Shown here: piece after piece, positions 17,397-26,233 of the stretch
Layout of the letters: each line of letters starts with the position of its first letter
How positions within the stretch are numbered: the stretch's first letter is position 1
From: Cyanobacteria bacterium P01_D01_bin.156
GTDB lineage: Bacteria; Cyanobacteriota; Cyanobacteriia; Phormidesmidales; Phormidesmidaceae
Length of the DNA: 51,021 nt
Reading direction: 5' to 3'
NCBI GenBank assembly: GCA_039024555.1
Contig: JBCCQQ010000047.1
Location: 1 to 51,021 of the forward strand
Program-made: the position numbers and the translations under genes
The notes under the pieces: model-generated
What the model saw: the letters and a program-made list of their open reading frames with translations, nothing else
Database searches by the model: none
Told to the model about the DNA's origin: nothing

Positions 17397-18118
17397 CTGT
17401 GTTAATCCTGTTGCACCAGTTAGTGAGAACCCACAGGCGAGATAATTCAGTGTTGCTGATTCCTACCTCTACAAACCTGCAGAATTTACCTCAAAATTGT
17501 CACTGTTCTGTTGAAGCGTGCCTAGATAACCCATACATCAGAGCTAGCAACTGCCCTAAGCTATTTTCACTGTAACCAGTGAAAATTAGTGTGTACAGCA
17601 TCGGTCAAGTTAGGCAAGTTAACTGCCATTCCTGAAAATTTTCAGTTCTAACAGCTGAGCCAACGTGAAATCTCCCAACACACACTGGCTAAATACGGCA
17701 AACTACAATGCCAGAACAGTAACGTACCTGCAGTCTAAAGGACTCCTTATGGAGACAATATGTACAAATGGCGGATCTTTATGGTCAAAAGTGCGCAACT
17801 AATTCTTCGCTATGCTTAATGTTAAGCATAATCTAACGTGGTCGAAGATGCTACACTGTCACCTCTTAGTGTAGTATTGTTGGGCTTACGGCTAGTCGAC
17901 CTTAGCCGATAAAATACAGCTCCTGCCCACTCAAACATTCGGTGGTGTTCATCTTCTTGAAAGGCGCAGCAATGACCACAACCTAAGGGTCTGTCAAGAA
18001 ACGACTTCACGGTTCAAGCTTGAAAAGCTTGTTAAGCCATGATTTCAATGCCCAAGGCCATAGTTCTACTCTCTAAAGGGTCCTAACCGATGGGTGATAC
18101 CAATAACGTAGGCATCGA

Positions 18119-20218
18119 TCACTCAACACCAATGCCTAACTTAACCTTTAGCAACTGATAAAAGACCCGCGAGAGATCGCGTCGTTGAACAATTTGTCGA
18201 TCCTGGGGGGTATTGGCAAACGCAGCTTTATAGGCACCGGGCATCGCTTTTCTGACTAAATATCCCAGATGCTGACGAGTCATGGCCTTGTCCGGTGCAA
18301 ATTGTTTTCTGCCAACACCAGCCACCATCCCTTCAGCTCTGAGGGTTTCAATATTGCCATAAGCCCAGTGTTGCCCAGGGTGTACATCCGTAAATGAAGG
18401 ATGCTCAGGTTCAACCTTTTTCAACCCTAATAGGCCCACTAAAGCCGTGCAAACCACCGCGCGACTTACACTACCGTAGGGGCGAAAGTGTAAATTTTGC
18501 CGATTTTCGAATGCGATGATCCCGGCTGCAGCCATCACTTGAATCGCTTCAAAGTCAGGATCATCATGGGAAATGTCGTCAAACCAGACAAGGGGAATAC
18601 CATTGCGGGCCATAAAACCCTGGAGTTTACGCAGTAATGCAGGCTCTTTGAGAATCTCTCGGGGCTGCTTTCCTGTCCAAACAGTAAATGCAGCCAAAAA
18701 GCCACTGGCTTCCCCAATGGCCCACTCCACGGGATGCATACGATAGGCGGCATTGGTAATGTGGGTAGTCCCAATACTTTTGGCCGATAAGATTAGACCA
18801 TTCGTATTGACAGGTACTAGGGAACCCCCAGGCAACGTGAACGGTAATGCAATAACATCTTTGCCACTGGGGCTGACATGACCGTCTACCAGATTGCCAT
18901 GGAGATCGAGATAGTGATACTGACCGATCCCGAGGGTATCGGCAAAAGTGCGGGCACGGGCCTGATTGGGAAAAAAGCTAGAAGCCACATCCTCGTGACG
19001 AATAGTGGTTAAAGCAATACCTCGGCGGGCTTCTCGAATATATGGCTCCAGGGCTATCCCGTCTTTTGTCCAGGTTAAATCTCCCCGGGGTTTTAGATCG
19101 GGTACGCCGTTTGTCTGCAAGTAGTGAATGTAGGCCTGCGCCCGAATACGGGCTCGTTTAATTTGCTGATCTCGTTCAGCCCGACTTAGCCCAATTAAAT
19201 AGCCCGTACGGTAGTCATTACCGCAGCATTGTCCCTGGTGTGGATGATCCGATGTGCCCCAATTAATCACTGCCACATCGCCTAGGTACACTTGCTTATT
19301 ATTCAGTGAACGCCGCTGCACTCGCCGATAGCGAAAGATGCCAAAAGGATCAAAAAATGCCCGCTTGTGCCAAGTCCCTTTTCTGCGGATCCAAAAATCT
19401 CCAGTAAACTCATGGATGTTTAACCAGGGAACTCGACCATATTGTGTCGGCATCCCCACGGCCAGCCCCTTACCTGGCCTTGTTCGTTCTACCAAAACAT
19501 CAAAAGTAAATGACTGCTGACACTGGGGGCGCGCATCCTCCGGCAAAATAGCCTCGCCAGTATCGCGTCGAGCTTCCTGACCTACCCGTGATGGCAACTC
19601 ACCTAGCTCTAATAGGTCGCCAAAGTCTGTTGCTTCAATCACGACTTGAGCACGTACCTTAAAGGAATGCTGAGTTTTGGTGTCTTGACATACGACACCG
19701 GTAACTCGTTTTGGCACTTCCCCCGGTGCCCACAGCACCTTGGTCGGCTCCGCATAGGGAATTAGGGTCAGCTTGCCCGAACGCAGATAGGGCAGCAAAG
19801 GCTCATTCATGGCTGTGGATGCCACTACAGGGGTGGTGGATAGGTGCCCTACCCATGAGCCACCGGGATCATCTATCTTACGGCCAGCCACAGGCTGGAG
19901 CTGGCGCTGACGATTGCGAAACAAACGCTGACTCTTAGAAATAGCAAACTCTTCCCCATTGACTGTGACCAGATCGGCCCGATGCCGAAATAGATCGCCG
20001 TCATCTGAAGCAGGTAGTGCCTGGGCAGTAAACTGTCCCCCGACTACTCGTTGGGGCTGTACTACACAGACATCTAGCTCTAGTTTCAAGGCCGTTAGAG
20101 CAGTGGTGTAGGCTGCCGTAGATCCGCCGATGACGGCAATGGAACAGGTGTAAACTGCTCCTTCTGCAGGACGAGTTAAAACGTTGTCACTCAGTAGACC
20201 GTTTTTCTGATCAACCAT
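18119..20218 (-). CDS. FAD-dependent oxidoreductase with C-terminal SLH domains
   Basis: 'VIGGSTAA', 'VIEATDFGDLL', 'PYIREARR', 'YRMHPVEW'; C-terminal 'FTDVHPGQHWAY...FAPDKAMTR' SLH-like repeats. Confidence 0.88.
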   Translation of the reverse strand: MVDQKNGLLSDNVLTRPAEGAVYTCSIAVIGGSTAAYTTALTALKLELDVCVVQPQRVVGGQFTAQALPASDDGDLFRHRADLVTVNGEEFAISKSQRLFRNRQRQLQPVAGRKIDDPGGSWVGHLSTTPVVASTAMNEPLLPYLRSGKLTLIPYAEPTKVLWAPGEVPKRVTGVVCQDTKTQHSFKVRAQVVIEATDFGDLLELGELPSRVGQEARRDTGEAILPEDARPQCQQSFTFDVLVERTRPGKGLAVGMPTQYGRVPWLNIHEFTGDFWIRRKGTWHKRAFFDPFGIFRYRRVQRRSLNNKQVYLGDVAVINWGTSDHPHQGQCCGNDYRTGYLIGLSRAERDQQIKRARIRAQAYIHYLQTNGVPDLKPRGDLTWTKDGIALEPYIREARRGIALTTIRHEDVASSFFPNQARARTFADTLGIGQYHYLDLHGNLVDGHVSPSGKDVIALPFTLPGGSLVPVNTNGLILSAKSIGTTHITNAAYRMHPVEWAIGEASGFLAAFTVWTGKQPREILKEPALLRKLQGFMARNGIPLVWFDDISHDDPDFEAIQVMAAAGIIAFENRQNLHFRPYGSVSRAVVCTALVGLLGLKKVEPEHPSFTDVHPGQHWAYGNIETLRAEGMVAGVGRKQFAPDKAMTRQHLGYLVRKAMPGAYKAAFANTPQDRQIVQRRDLSRVFYQLLKVKLGIGVE

Positions 20219-20399
20219 AGGTTTTGCTTTGGACTAAGCCTGTGAGTCGCGTGATGAAACCATATCGAGGATCTGCATTCTTTCCCCAAATTTGTATGTA
20301 GTTTTTTATAAAGTGCGACAGTACAGTACCCTCAGATCATTAGCTTTGATCATTAGTTTTATTGATTCAATCTAAGGAAAAAGCATTTTCATAGAAATC

Positions 20400-20519
20400 A
20401 TGGCGAATAAATCCCCTAATCAACCCCCTGTTCTGGATATTGATCCAGCTACGCTGCTTTTTATCGGTGGTTTACTAATTCTGCTGCCGCTCATTTTTAC
20501 AGGATTTATGGCTCAGTAG
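20400..20519 (+). CDS. 39-aa single-pass membrane peptide, absent from ORF track
   Basis: MANKSPNQPPVLDIDPATLLFIGGLLILLPLIFTGFMAQ: clean ATG..TAG, one hydrophobic helix, 14-nt convergent overlap with the next gene. Confidence 0.65.
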   Translation: MANKSPNQPPVLDIDPATLLFIGGLLILLPLIFTGFMAQ

Positions 20520-21222
20520 GTTCATGTTGATCTAGAGCGCGATCTAGAGCTGACCGCAGTTTGTGAATCACATAAAGGTCTTCCCGTTCGAGTCGGGCCA
20601 CCCCCTGAATCACGTAAGTTTGATACCGCTGGGGGAGTCCTACCCGTGACATTAGCTGCTGCAAAAGTCTTTTGAGACTGGCATATTCGGCTGGCGGCAT
20701 GGATTCGCTGTTAAGGCGCTGATCCGTAATCTGAATCTGGGTTTGATCATCAGATAGGACAAAACTGTAGACCATCACCGCTTGGGCAAGGTTTAACGAT
20801 GGCTGTACCTGATGCTGCGGTACATTAGTGATCAGGTCACAGACTTTAATATCAGCAGACTTCAGCCCTGAACGCTCACCGCCAAAAACAATGGCTACCC
20901 GATTTAACCATTCTCCCTTGGCTTGAAAGTATGCTGGTAAATCTCGTACAGAAGTGTAATGGTGCTTCTCATAGCGATGGCGCGCGGTGGTGGCGCAGGC
21001 TAAATCGCAGTCTTCTAACGCTGAAGATAGGGTTTCATATACCTGCGCATTATGAAGAATATGCTGGGAACCGTGGGCTAATGCTAGGGCCTTTTCCCCA
21101 AGATGATTGGCTTTAGGCCGTACCAGACGCAGGATGTTGTAGCCCATGGTATGCATAGCCCGAGCAGCCGCGCCAATGTTCTCGGCTTCTTCCGAATCGA
21201 CAAGGATGAAGATTGTTTCCAT
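20506..21222 (-). CDS. SPOUT tRNA/rRNA methyltransferase (TrmJ/LasT family)
   Basis: 'ENIGAAARAM', 'ATTAR', 'VFGGERSGL', 'SLNLAQAV'. Confidence 0.9.
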   Translation of the reverse strand: METIFILVDSEEAENIGAAARAMHTMGYNILRLVRPKANHLGEKALALAHGSQHILHNAQVYETLSSALEDCDLACATTARHRYEKHHYTSVRDLPAYFQAKGEWLNRVAIVFGGERSGLKSADIKVCDLITNVPQHQVQPSLNLAQAVMVYSFVLSDDQTQIQITDQRLNSESMPPAEYASLKRLLQQLMSRVGLPQRYQTYVIQGVARLEREDLYVIHKLRSALDRALDQHEPTEP

Positions 21223-21344
21223 GGGGATTTATTATATCGCTGTATGCCCGTTGTGTACCTGTCTTGAATGACTCAGAGAATCTGTGTCAACAACTTATTT
21301 CTGCAGAGGTTCCCTTAGCCTACGGAGCGCTTGTGATGGGAAAT

Positions 21345-23186
21345 TTAGGTGTAGCTTTCGGCCTGGAGCTCGAACATTTGAGCATATCGCCCTTTTTGAG
21401 CCATGAGCTCGTTGTGGGTCCCGATTTCGCTAATCTCACCCTGTTCCAGTACCACAATGCGATCGGCCATGCGCACAGTGGAAAACCGGTGACTGACTAG
21501 AAAGGTCATCTTATCTTTGGTAAGGCGACGAAATCGTTGGAAGAGATCGTGCTCTGCGATCGCATCTACCGCAGCAGTAGGCTCATCTAAAATTAAAATC
21601 TGAGCATCACTCATAAATGCCCGAGCCAAACCAATTTTTTGCCATTGACCACCAGAAAGATCGGCACCACCGGCAAACATTTTGCCTAAAATTGTCTGAT
21701 AGCCTTCGTGCAGTTGCTCAATCACAGCCGTTGCCCCTGCCCCTGCCGCCGCTTGAGTCACCAGTGCCATATCTCCACGCTGGGGGAGGTTCCCAAAACC
21801 GATGTTATCTTGCACATCGAGCGCATAGCGAGCAAAATCTTGAAATAAAATACCAATTTGACTACGCAGATCGCTCAAGGCAAAGTGTTGAAGTGGAACG
21901 CTATCAATAACAATTTTGCCCCGGTCAATATCATACAGACGGGTAAACAACTTTAATAATGTTGTCTTTCCTGAACCGTTAAGACCTACCAGGGCAATGC
22001 ACTCCCCTGGAGCTACCGTCAGATTAATCCCCTTTAGAGTCGGTTGCTCAGCGCCTGGATAGGTGAAATACACATCCTGAAGCTCTAACCCCTGCACCAT
22101 CGGCTTTGGAAAAGATTCAGGCTGGGCAGGGCTGATTACCCTAGGGGTAAGGTCTAACAGCTCAAAATACTGAGATACATACAGATTGTATTCATACAGG
22201 GTGGCCAGGCTAACTAAAATAGACTCAATTAGTGATTGGGCCTGCTGAAACGCACCCGCATACAGGGTGAGGTCCCCTAGGGTGACTAGGCCACGAATCG
22301 TTTGCCATAGCACTAAACCATAGGCTCCATAAAACCCAACCCCCCCCAATAGTTCGATACTAAGCTGGGCTAAGGATTGACGTTGGGCCAGCTGTCGGGA
22401 TTCTTGATTAAACTCCTGGCGAATGGTGCCATACTGCTCCACCATATGCTTCCCCAGGTTAAACAGCCGCACTTCTTTGACATACTTAGGGTCGGTTAGC
22501 ACTTCATAGAAATAATCTGCTAACCGACGGGATGGTGTCTGACGTCGACTCATCCAAAATCGCCGCTTTGAATAGCGCACACCCACCCATAGGGTGGGCA
22601 AAACACTCATCAGCAAAAGCACCATCACCGGCGCACTAAACCGTATCAACAAGGTCAGCAATCCTGCTAATCGAGTGGTACTCCCCAGTAGTCGGGCCAG
22701 GAGCTCTACCACGCGTACAGGATAATTGCTGCCACTCTGCTGGGCGCGATTAAGTACATCATGAAATTCCGAAGATTCATAATGGGCCAAGTCCAGTCGC
22801 ATGGCCTGGCGCAACAGTTGCACATTGGCATGGAGTAAAAACTGGTCATTTAAAATGCGATTGACCAGCGTATTTAGTTGACTAAACAGCTTTTGCAGAA
22901 GCAACAAACCAAACCCCACCCCCACGAGCAGCCCTAGATAGGGGGTAAATCCTGGGGCCTCAGTGGCTAAAATCCCCACTACTTGGTCGACTACGAGTTT
23001 ACTCACATAGAGCTGTGCCACAGGCACTAGGGCTGCGACCAACGTGACCCCAACTCGCAGCAGTAGCCATCCTGGCGCAGCGTCCCACACGAGCTGAATC
23101 AGCCGGGGAGTATTGCCTAATAAACTGAGAATTTCGCTGTAGTGACGACGGTAACGGGAAACAACGTTAGAAAGTGGGGAGCGCAC
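21345..23186 (-). CDS. ABC exporter, fused permease/ATP-binding
   Basis: TM domain, Walker A GLNGSGKT, LSGGQ, ILDEPT, SHR. Start uncertain (GTG 23186; ORF is open to 23258). Confidence 0.9.
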   Translation of the reverse strand: MRSPLSNVVSRYRRHYSEILSLLGNTPRLIQLVWDAAPGWLLLRVGVTLVAALVPVAQLYVSKLVVDQVVGILATEAPGFTPYLGLLVGVGFGLLLLQKLFSQLNTLVNRILNDQFLLHANVQLLRQAMRLDLAHYESSEFHDVLNRAQQSGSNYPVRVVELLARLLGSTTRLAGLLTLLIRFSAPVMVLLLMSVLPTLWVGVRYSKRRFWMSRRQTPSRRLADYFYEVLTDPKYVKEVRLFNLGKHMVEQYGTIRQEFNQESRQLAQRQSLAQLSIELLGGVGFYGAYGLVLWQTIRGLVTLGDLTLYAGAFQQAQSLIESILVSLATLYEYNLYVSQYFELLDLTPRVISPAQPESFPKPMVQGLELQDVYFTYPGAEQPTLKGINLTVAPGECIALVGLNGSGKTTLLKLFTRLYDIDRGKIVIDSVPLQHFALSDLRSQIGILFQDFARYALDVQDNIGFGNLPQRGDMALVTQAAAGAGATAVIEQLHEGYQTILGKMFAGGADLSGGQWQKIGLARAFMSDAQILILDEPTAAVDAIAEHDLFQRFRRLTKDKMTFLVSHRFSTVRMADRIVVLEQGEISEIGTHNELMAQKGRYAQMFELQAESYT

Positions 23187-23333
23187 AGAAAAAGAGCTAG
23201 CAAGGTAAACATGGCGAGGTGCACATAGAACCACTATAGCTGTGCGCACCCGGTGCAATCTACAGGTGAACGCCAGAGCGGTTGCCGTTTAACGGCTATG
23301 CATTCCGTGGAGTGCTAAGATCTGGCGTCGTGG

Positions 23334-24005
23334 CTATGTATCCACTAGACCCAGCTTGAGCGCTTTTACAATGGCCTGGGTACGGCTACGGACTTTGAGC
23401 TTTTCAAATACAGCCGTTAGATGGGCTTTCACCGTCGCCACAGTGATGTAAAGCTCCTTGGCAATCGCTTCATTAGAGGCTCCCTGTACGAGCCAGTAAA
23501 GGACTTCTCGCTCCCGTTCGGTCAACTTAATATCTTTTCTCCCGTGGACAGTTCGGCTCCCATTGTTGGCATGGAATAATCGAAAAAAGCCGCTGGTTAG
23601 CTGGGAGTCTAAATAGATCTCATCCTGTAAGACAGTACACAGCGCCTCGTACAGCTGAGTCGCTAGCTTATCCTTTGTGATATACCCTTGGGCACCTGCC
23701 TGCATTGCCTGAAAAATCCATGTGTCGTTTCGGTGAGCCGACAGCCCCAGAACTCGTGTATTAACGCCTAAAGTCTTGAGTCGCTGTAAAACTTCTAGCC
23801 CTGTACCATCCGCTAGCTCCATATCCAACAGGACCAGCATGGGTTTGTAGACTTCTAACATTTCTATGGCTTGCTCTGCTGAAGCCGCTTCAGCAACAAC
23901 GTTGAAGGCCGCTTGCCCATTGGTATACAAGCCCAGTAATGTGCGCAATCCCTGCCGAAATTCGGCATGGTCATCAACTAATAGAACAGAGATGGCATCG
24001 GTCAT
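23334..24005 (-). CDS. NarL/LuxR family response regulator
   Basis: 'VLLVDDH...LLD' receiver and 'LTEREREVL...TVKAHL' HTH. ATG 24005 likely (ORF is open to 24149). Confidence 0.92.
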   Translation of the reverse strand: MTDAISVLLVDDHAEFRQGLRTLLGLYTNGQAAFNVVAEAASAEQAIEMLEVYKPMLVLLDMELADGTGLEVLQRLKTLGVNTRVLGLSAHRNDTWIFQAMQAGAQGYITKDKLATQLYEALCTVLQDEIYLDSQLTSGFFRLFHANNGSRTVHGRKDIKLTEREREVLYWLVQGASNEAIAKELYITVATVKAHLTAVFEKLKVRSRTQAIVKALKLGLVDT

Positions 24006-24142
24006 TGAGGATGTAACGATCAATGGGTGATGGGTAGCATGATGTCTATTACGGCTTGTTGTCGGAGAATATGCACGGACCATAGGCAAATTCTGATGGG
24101 ATATATCTAAGATGAAAACGCGCTCAAACCAGTGACAGGCTG

Positions 24143-25237
24143 TCAACAAGGTAAGAAAATCGAAAATTTAGCGCCTCCTTCGGGCAGGGTTTCAGCTTCG
24201 ATACTGCCTTGGTGATCAAGGACGATTTTTTTTGCGATCGCAAGACCTAACCCTGTGCCGCCAGGTCGTTTTGTATAAAATGGACGAAATAGAGCATTGC
24301 TATCGAGATCCCCTAAACCTGGCCCCTGATCCCTGATGGAAATGCACAGTGTCTGCTGATATACCTGCCAGTGAACTGTGATCGTTCCTCCCAGTGGACT
24401 ATGGTGAATGGCATTATCCAGAAGATTTTGTAAAACTTGCTCAAATTGCCAGCCATCTACCATGACAGATACTGCCGCTGTGGGCTGAACACAATAAAGT
24501 TGTTTTTGTTCCATGGCTGGCGACAATATCGTTAGAACATTTCCCAACAAAACTCGTAAATCATGGTGTTCTCGAACCAGTGCGTCTTGTTGGCCACAGT
24601 GCAACAAACTTTCTAAACTCTCAGCAATGTTACCGGCTGTCTGCCGAATACAATCCGCCTGGTGCTGTTGCTGTTTACTCTCCGCACTGAGGACAATTGT
24701 TTGAGCATAGACTTGAATCAACGCCAAAGGATTTTTAAGCTGATGTTCTGCTTGTTGCAATGCTTCTTCTAACAACTTTATCTTGGCACGCTGACGTAGA
24801 TTCTCCTGATATAGCGTGAGATATTTTTGTAATAGTTGAACATCATCCTTAACAACATTTTGTTGAAGATGAGAAAGATGCTTTTCAGTCAACAGAAACA
24901 AGTAATCCCAATGGGTATCCGTTTTGCCTAACCCACAAACATAGACCTGAGTATCATCAGAATCAGCGGATAGGGACTTTAGCTCTAAAAATGGCAAATT
25001 CTCGCTAATCCATCTTTCAGAACTGAGGTACGTCTCTATTTCGAGCCTTAGCTGGTTATTTTGCCGGAAAGATAGTGTATCGTGCCTATTTTCCAGATGA
25101 TTCCAGCATACTAACCAAACGTCTAACACTGGTAGAGTTTCACTGAGACGTTCAATTTGAAATTGACACAGCTGGCGAATGTTTGCCGACGAAGTTTCTA
25201 ATTGCTCAGTAGACCATGAAGGAAACGTTGTACACAT
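24143..25237 (-). CDS. Sensor histidine kinase (no obvious TM helix)
   Basis: H-box 'EHQLKNPL', N-box 'NLLDNAI', 'DQGPG', 'GGTGLGL'. Confidence 0.9.
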   Translation of the reverse strand: MCTTFPSWSTEQLETSSANIRQLCQFQIERLSETLPVLDVWLVCWNHLENRHDTLSFRQNNQLRLEIETYLSSERWISENLPFLELKSLSADSDDTQVYVCGLGKTDTHWDYLFLLTEKHLSHLQQNVVKDDVQLLQKYLTLYQENLRQRAKIKLLEEALQQAEHQLKNPLALIQVYAQTIVLSAESKQQQHQADCIRQTAGNIAESLESLLHCGQQDALVREHHDLRVLLGNVLTILSPAMEQKQLYCVQPTAAVSVMVDGWQFEQVLQNLLDNAIHHSPLGGTITVHWQVYQQTLCISIRDQGPGLGDLDSNALFRPFYTKRPGGTGLGLAIAKKIVLDHQGSIEAETLPEGGAKFSIFLPC

Positions 25238-25596
25238 GTTTCAGTGGGAGTCAGATACACCCATTTACGGGCGACTGGCTGCGGTTAACTCATATCCATG
25301 TCCTCTATAGAATCAACATTTTTTTATCAATATGCAAGTGTTTGAGAAAATTTCGGTGTAAACACGCAGTCATTCAACTTTAAAGGAACATTTTCTCTGT
25401 AACCTAACAGCCTCGGAGAATTTGGCATTTTTGATCCCCATAGATGGATTGTTTAAAGAGAGCCTACAAAGACTGACAACCTATCTCAGCCCCAGGATTT
25501 GTGTTGTTTAGATTCGACCTTTGACCAATTGGCCTACTTAGAAACAACCTCCTAGGGTATGGATAAGCGCATTTCGTTGACATGTTCGCTATCGTA

Positions 25597-25626
25597 GACT
25601 CGTTCCACTTGCGTTAGGAACGAGTC
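25597..25626. terminator. Hairpin downstream of pentapeptide gene
   Basis: 10-bp stem GACTCGTTCC/GGAACGAGTC; T-run follows on the + strand. Confidence 0.5.
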
Positions 25627-25647
25627 CTTTTTATGTTTGCTGGCTGA

Positions 25648-26172
25648 CTAACCGTCACAGCCTAGGCTTTCACGGGTCGCCACTCCAGTGACGGGGTTAG
25701 TGCCTGACGCTCGCTCACACAAGTACTTAACCTGAAAGCGATCTAGGATGGTGTAGGAAAAATCTGCACCGGAAATTTCTGCCTCTGCGAAGGTGCTACT
25801 GGTCATGAGGGCATCAGTAACAACTGCATTAGTGAGGTCAGACCCGGTAAATTCCACTCGATCGGCAAAGGATTCTGATAAATTCGCGCCAGTTAAATCG
25901 GTATGAATAAACTTGGCTTTAGTCAGAATGGTGGCACTTAAATCTGCACCACGAAAATTAGCGTCACGCACTTCTGCCGCCGCTAGGGATGTCCCTGCCA
26001 AGTTAGCATTCTCAAAATTACGGCCAGTTAAATCAGTAAGGGTATAGTTGATGATCCCCGATTCCTGTGCGATCGCAGTTGATGGCCCACCTAGCCATAT
26101 CAGCATTAGCACCCCCAGAAGAAGCACCCATCTGCGTACTCCATCCAGTTTCCATACTTGCCCGCTCACCAT
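25648..26172 (-). CDS. Pentapeptide repeat protein, exported/lumenal
   Basis: Signal peptide ending 'AIA', A(D/N)LXX repeats, C-terminal '[22 protein letters not shown]'. Confidence 0.9.
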   Translation of the reverse strand: MVSGQVWKLDGVRRWVLLLGVLMLIWLGGPSTAIAQESGIINYTLTDLTGRNFENANLAGTSLAAAEVRDANFRGADLSATILTKAKFIHTDLTGANLSESFADRVEFTGSDLTNAVVTDALMTSSTFAEAEISGADFSYTILDRFQVKYLCERASGTNPVTGVATRESLGCDG

Positions 26173-26233
26173 CTAGCCCACTCCTACTGCCGTAACTCCT
26201 ATCATAGTTGAATGGCGGAGCCTCCAAAACGAT

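Noticed and set aside
17686..17765. GGCAAAC...GTCTAAAG resembling a c-di-GMP-I riboswitch
   Set aside because: No paired P2 stem with GAAA tetraloop and no GACGCAAAG junction.
17822..18010. 62-aa Cys/His-containing ORF on the minus strand as a RiPP precursor
   Set aside because: GTG start without RBS, no leader motif, no modifying enzymes nearby.
20234..20278. 14-codon ORF in frame with, and 15 nt upstream of, the FAD oxidoreductase start
   Set aside because: Too short to distinguish from chance; does not look like a lost signal peptide.
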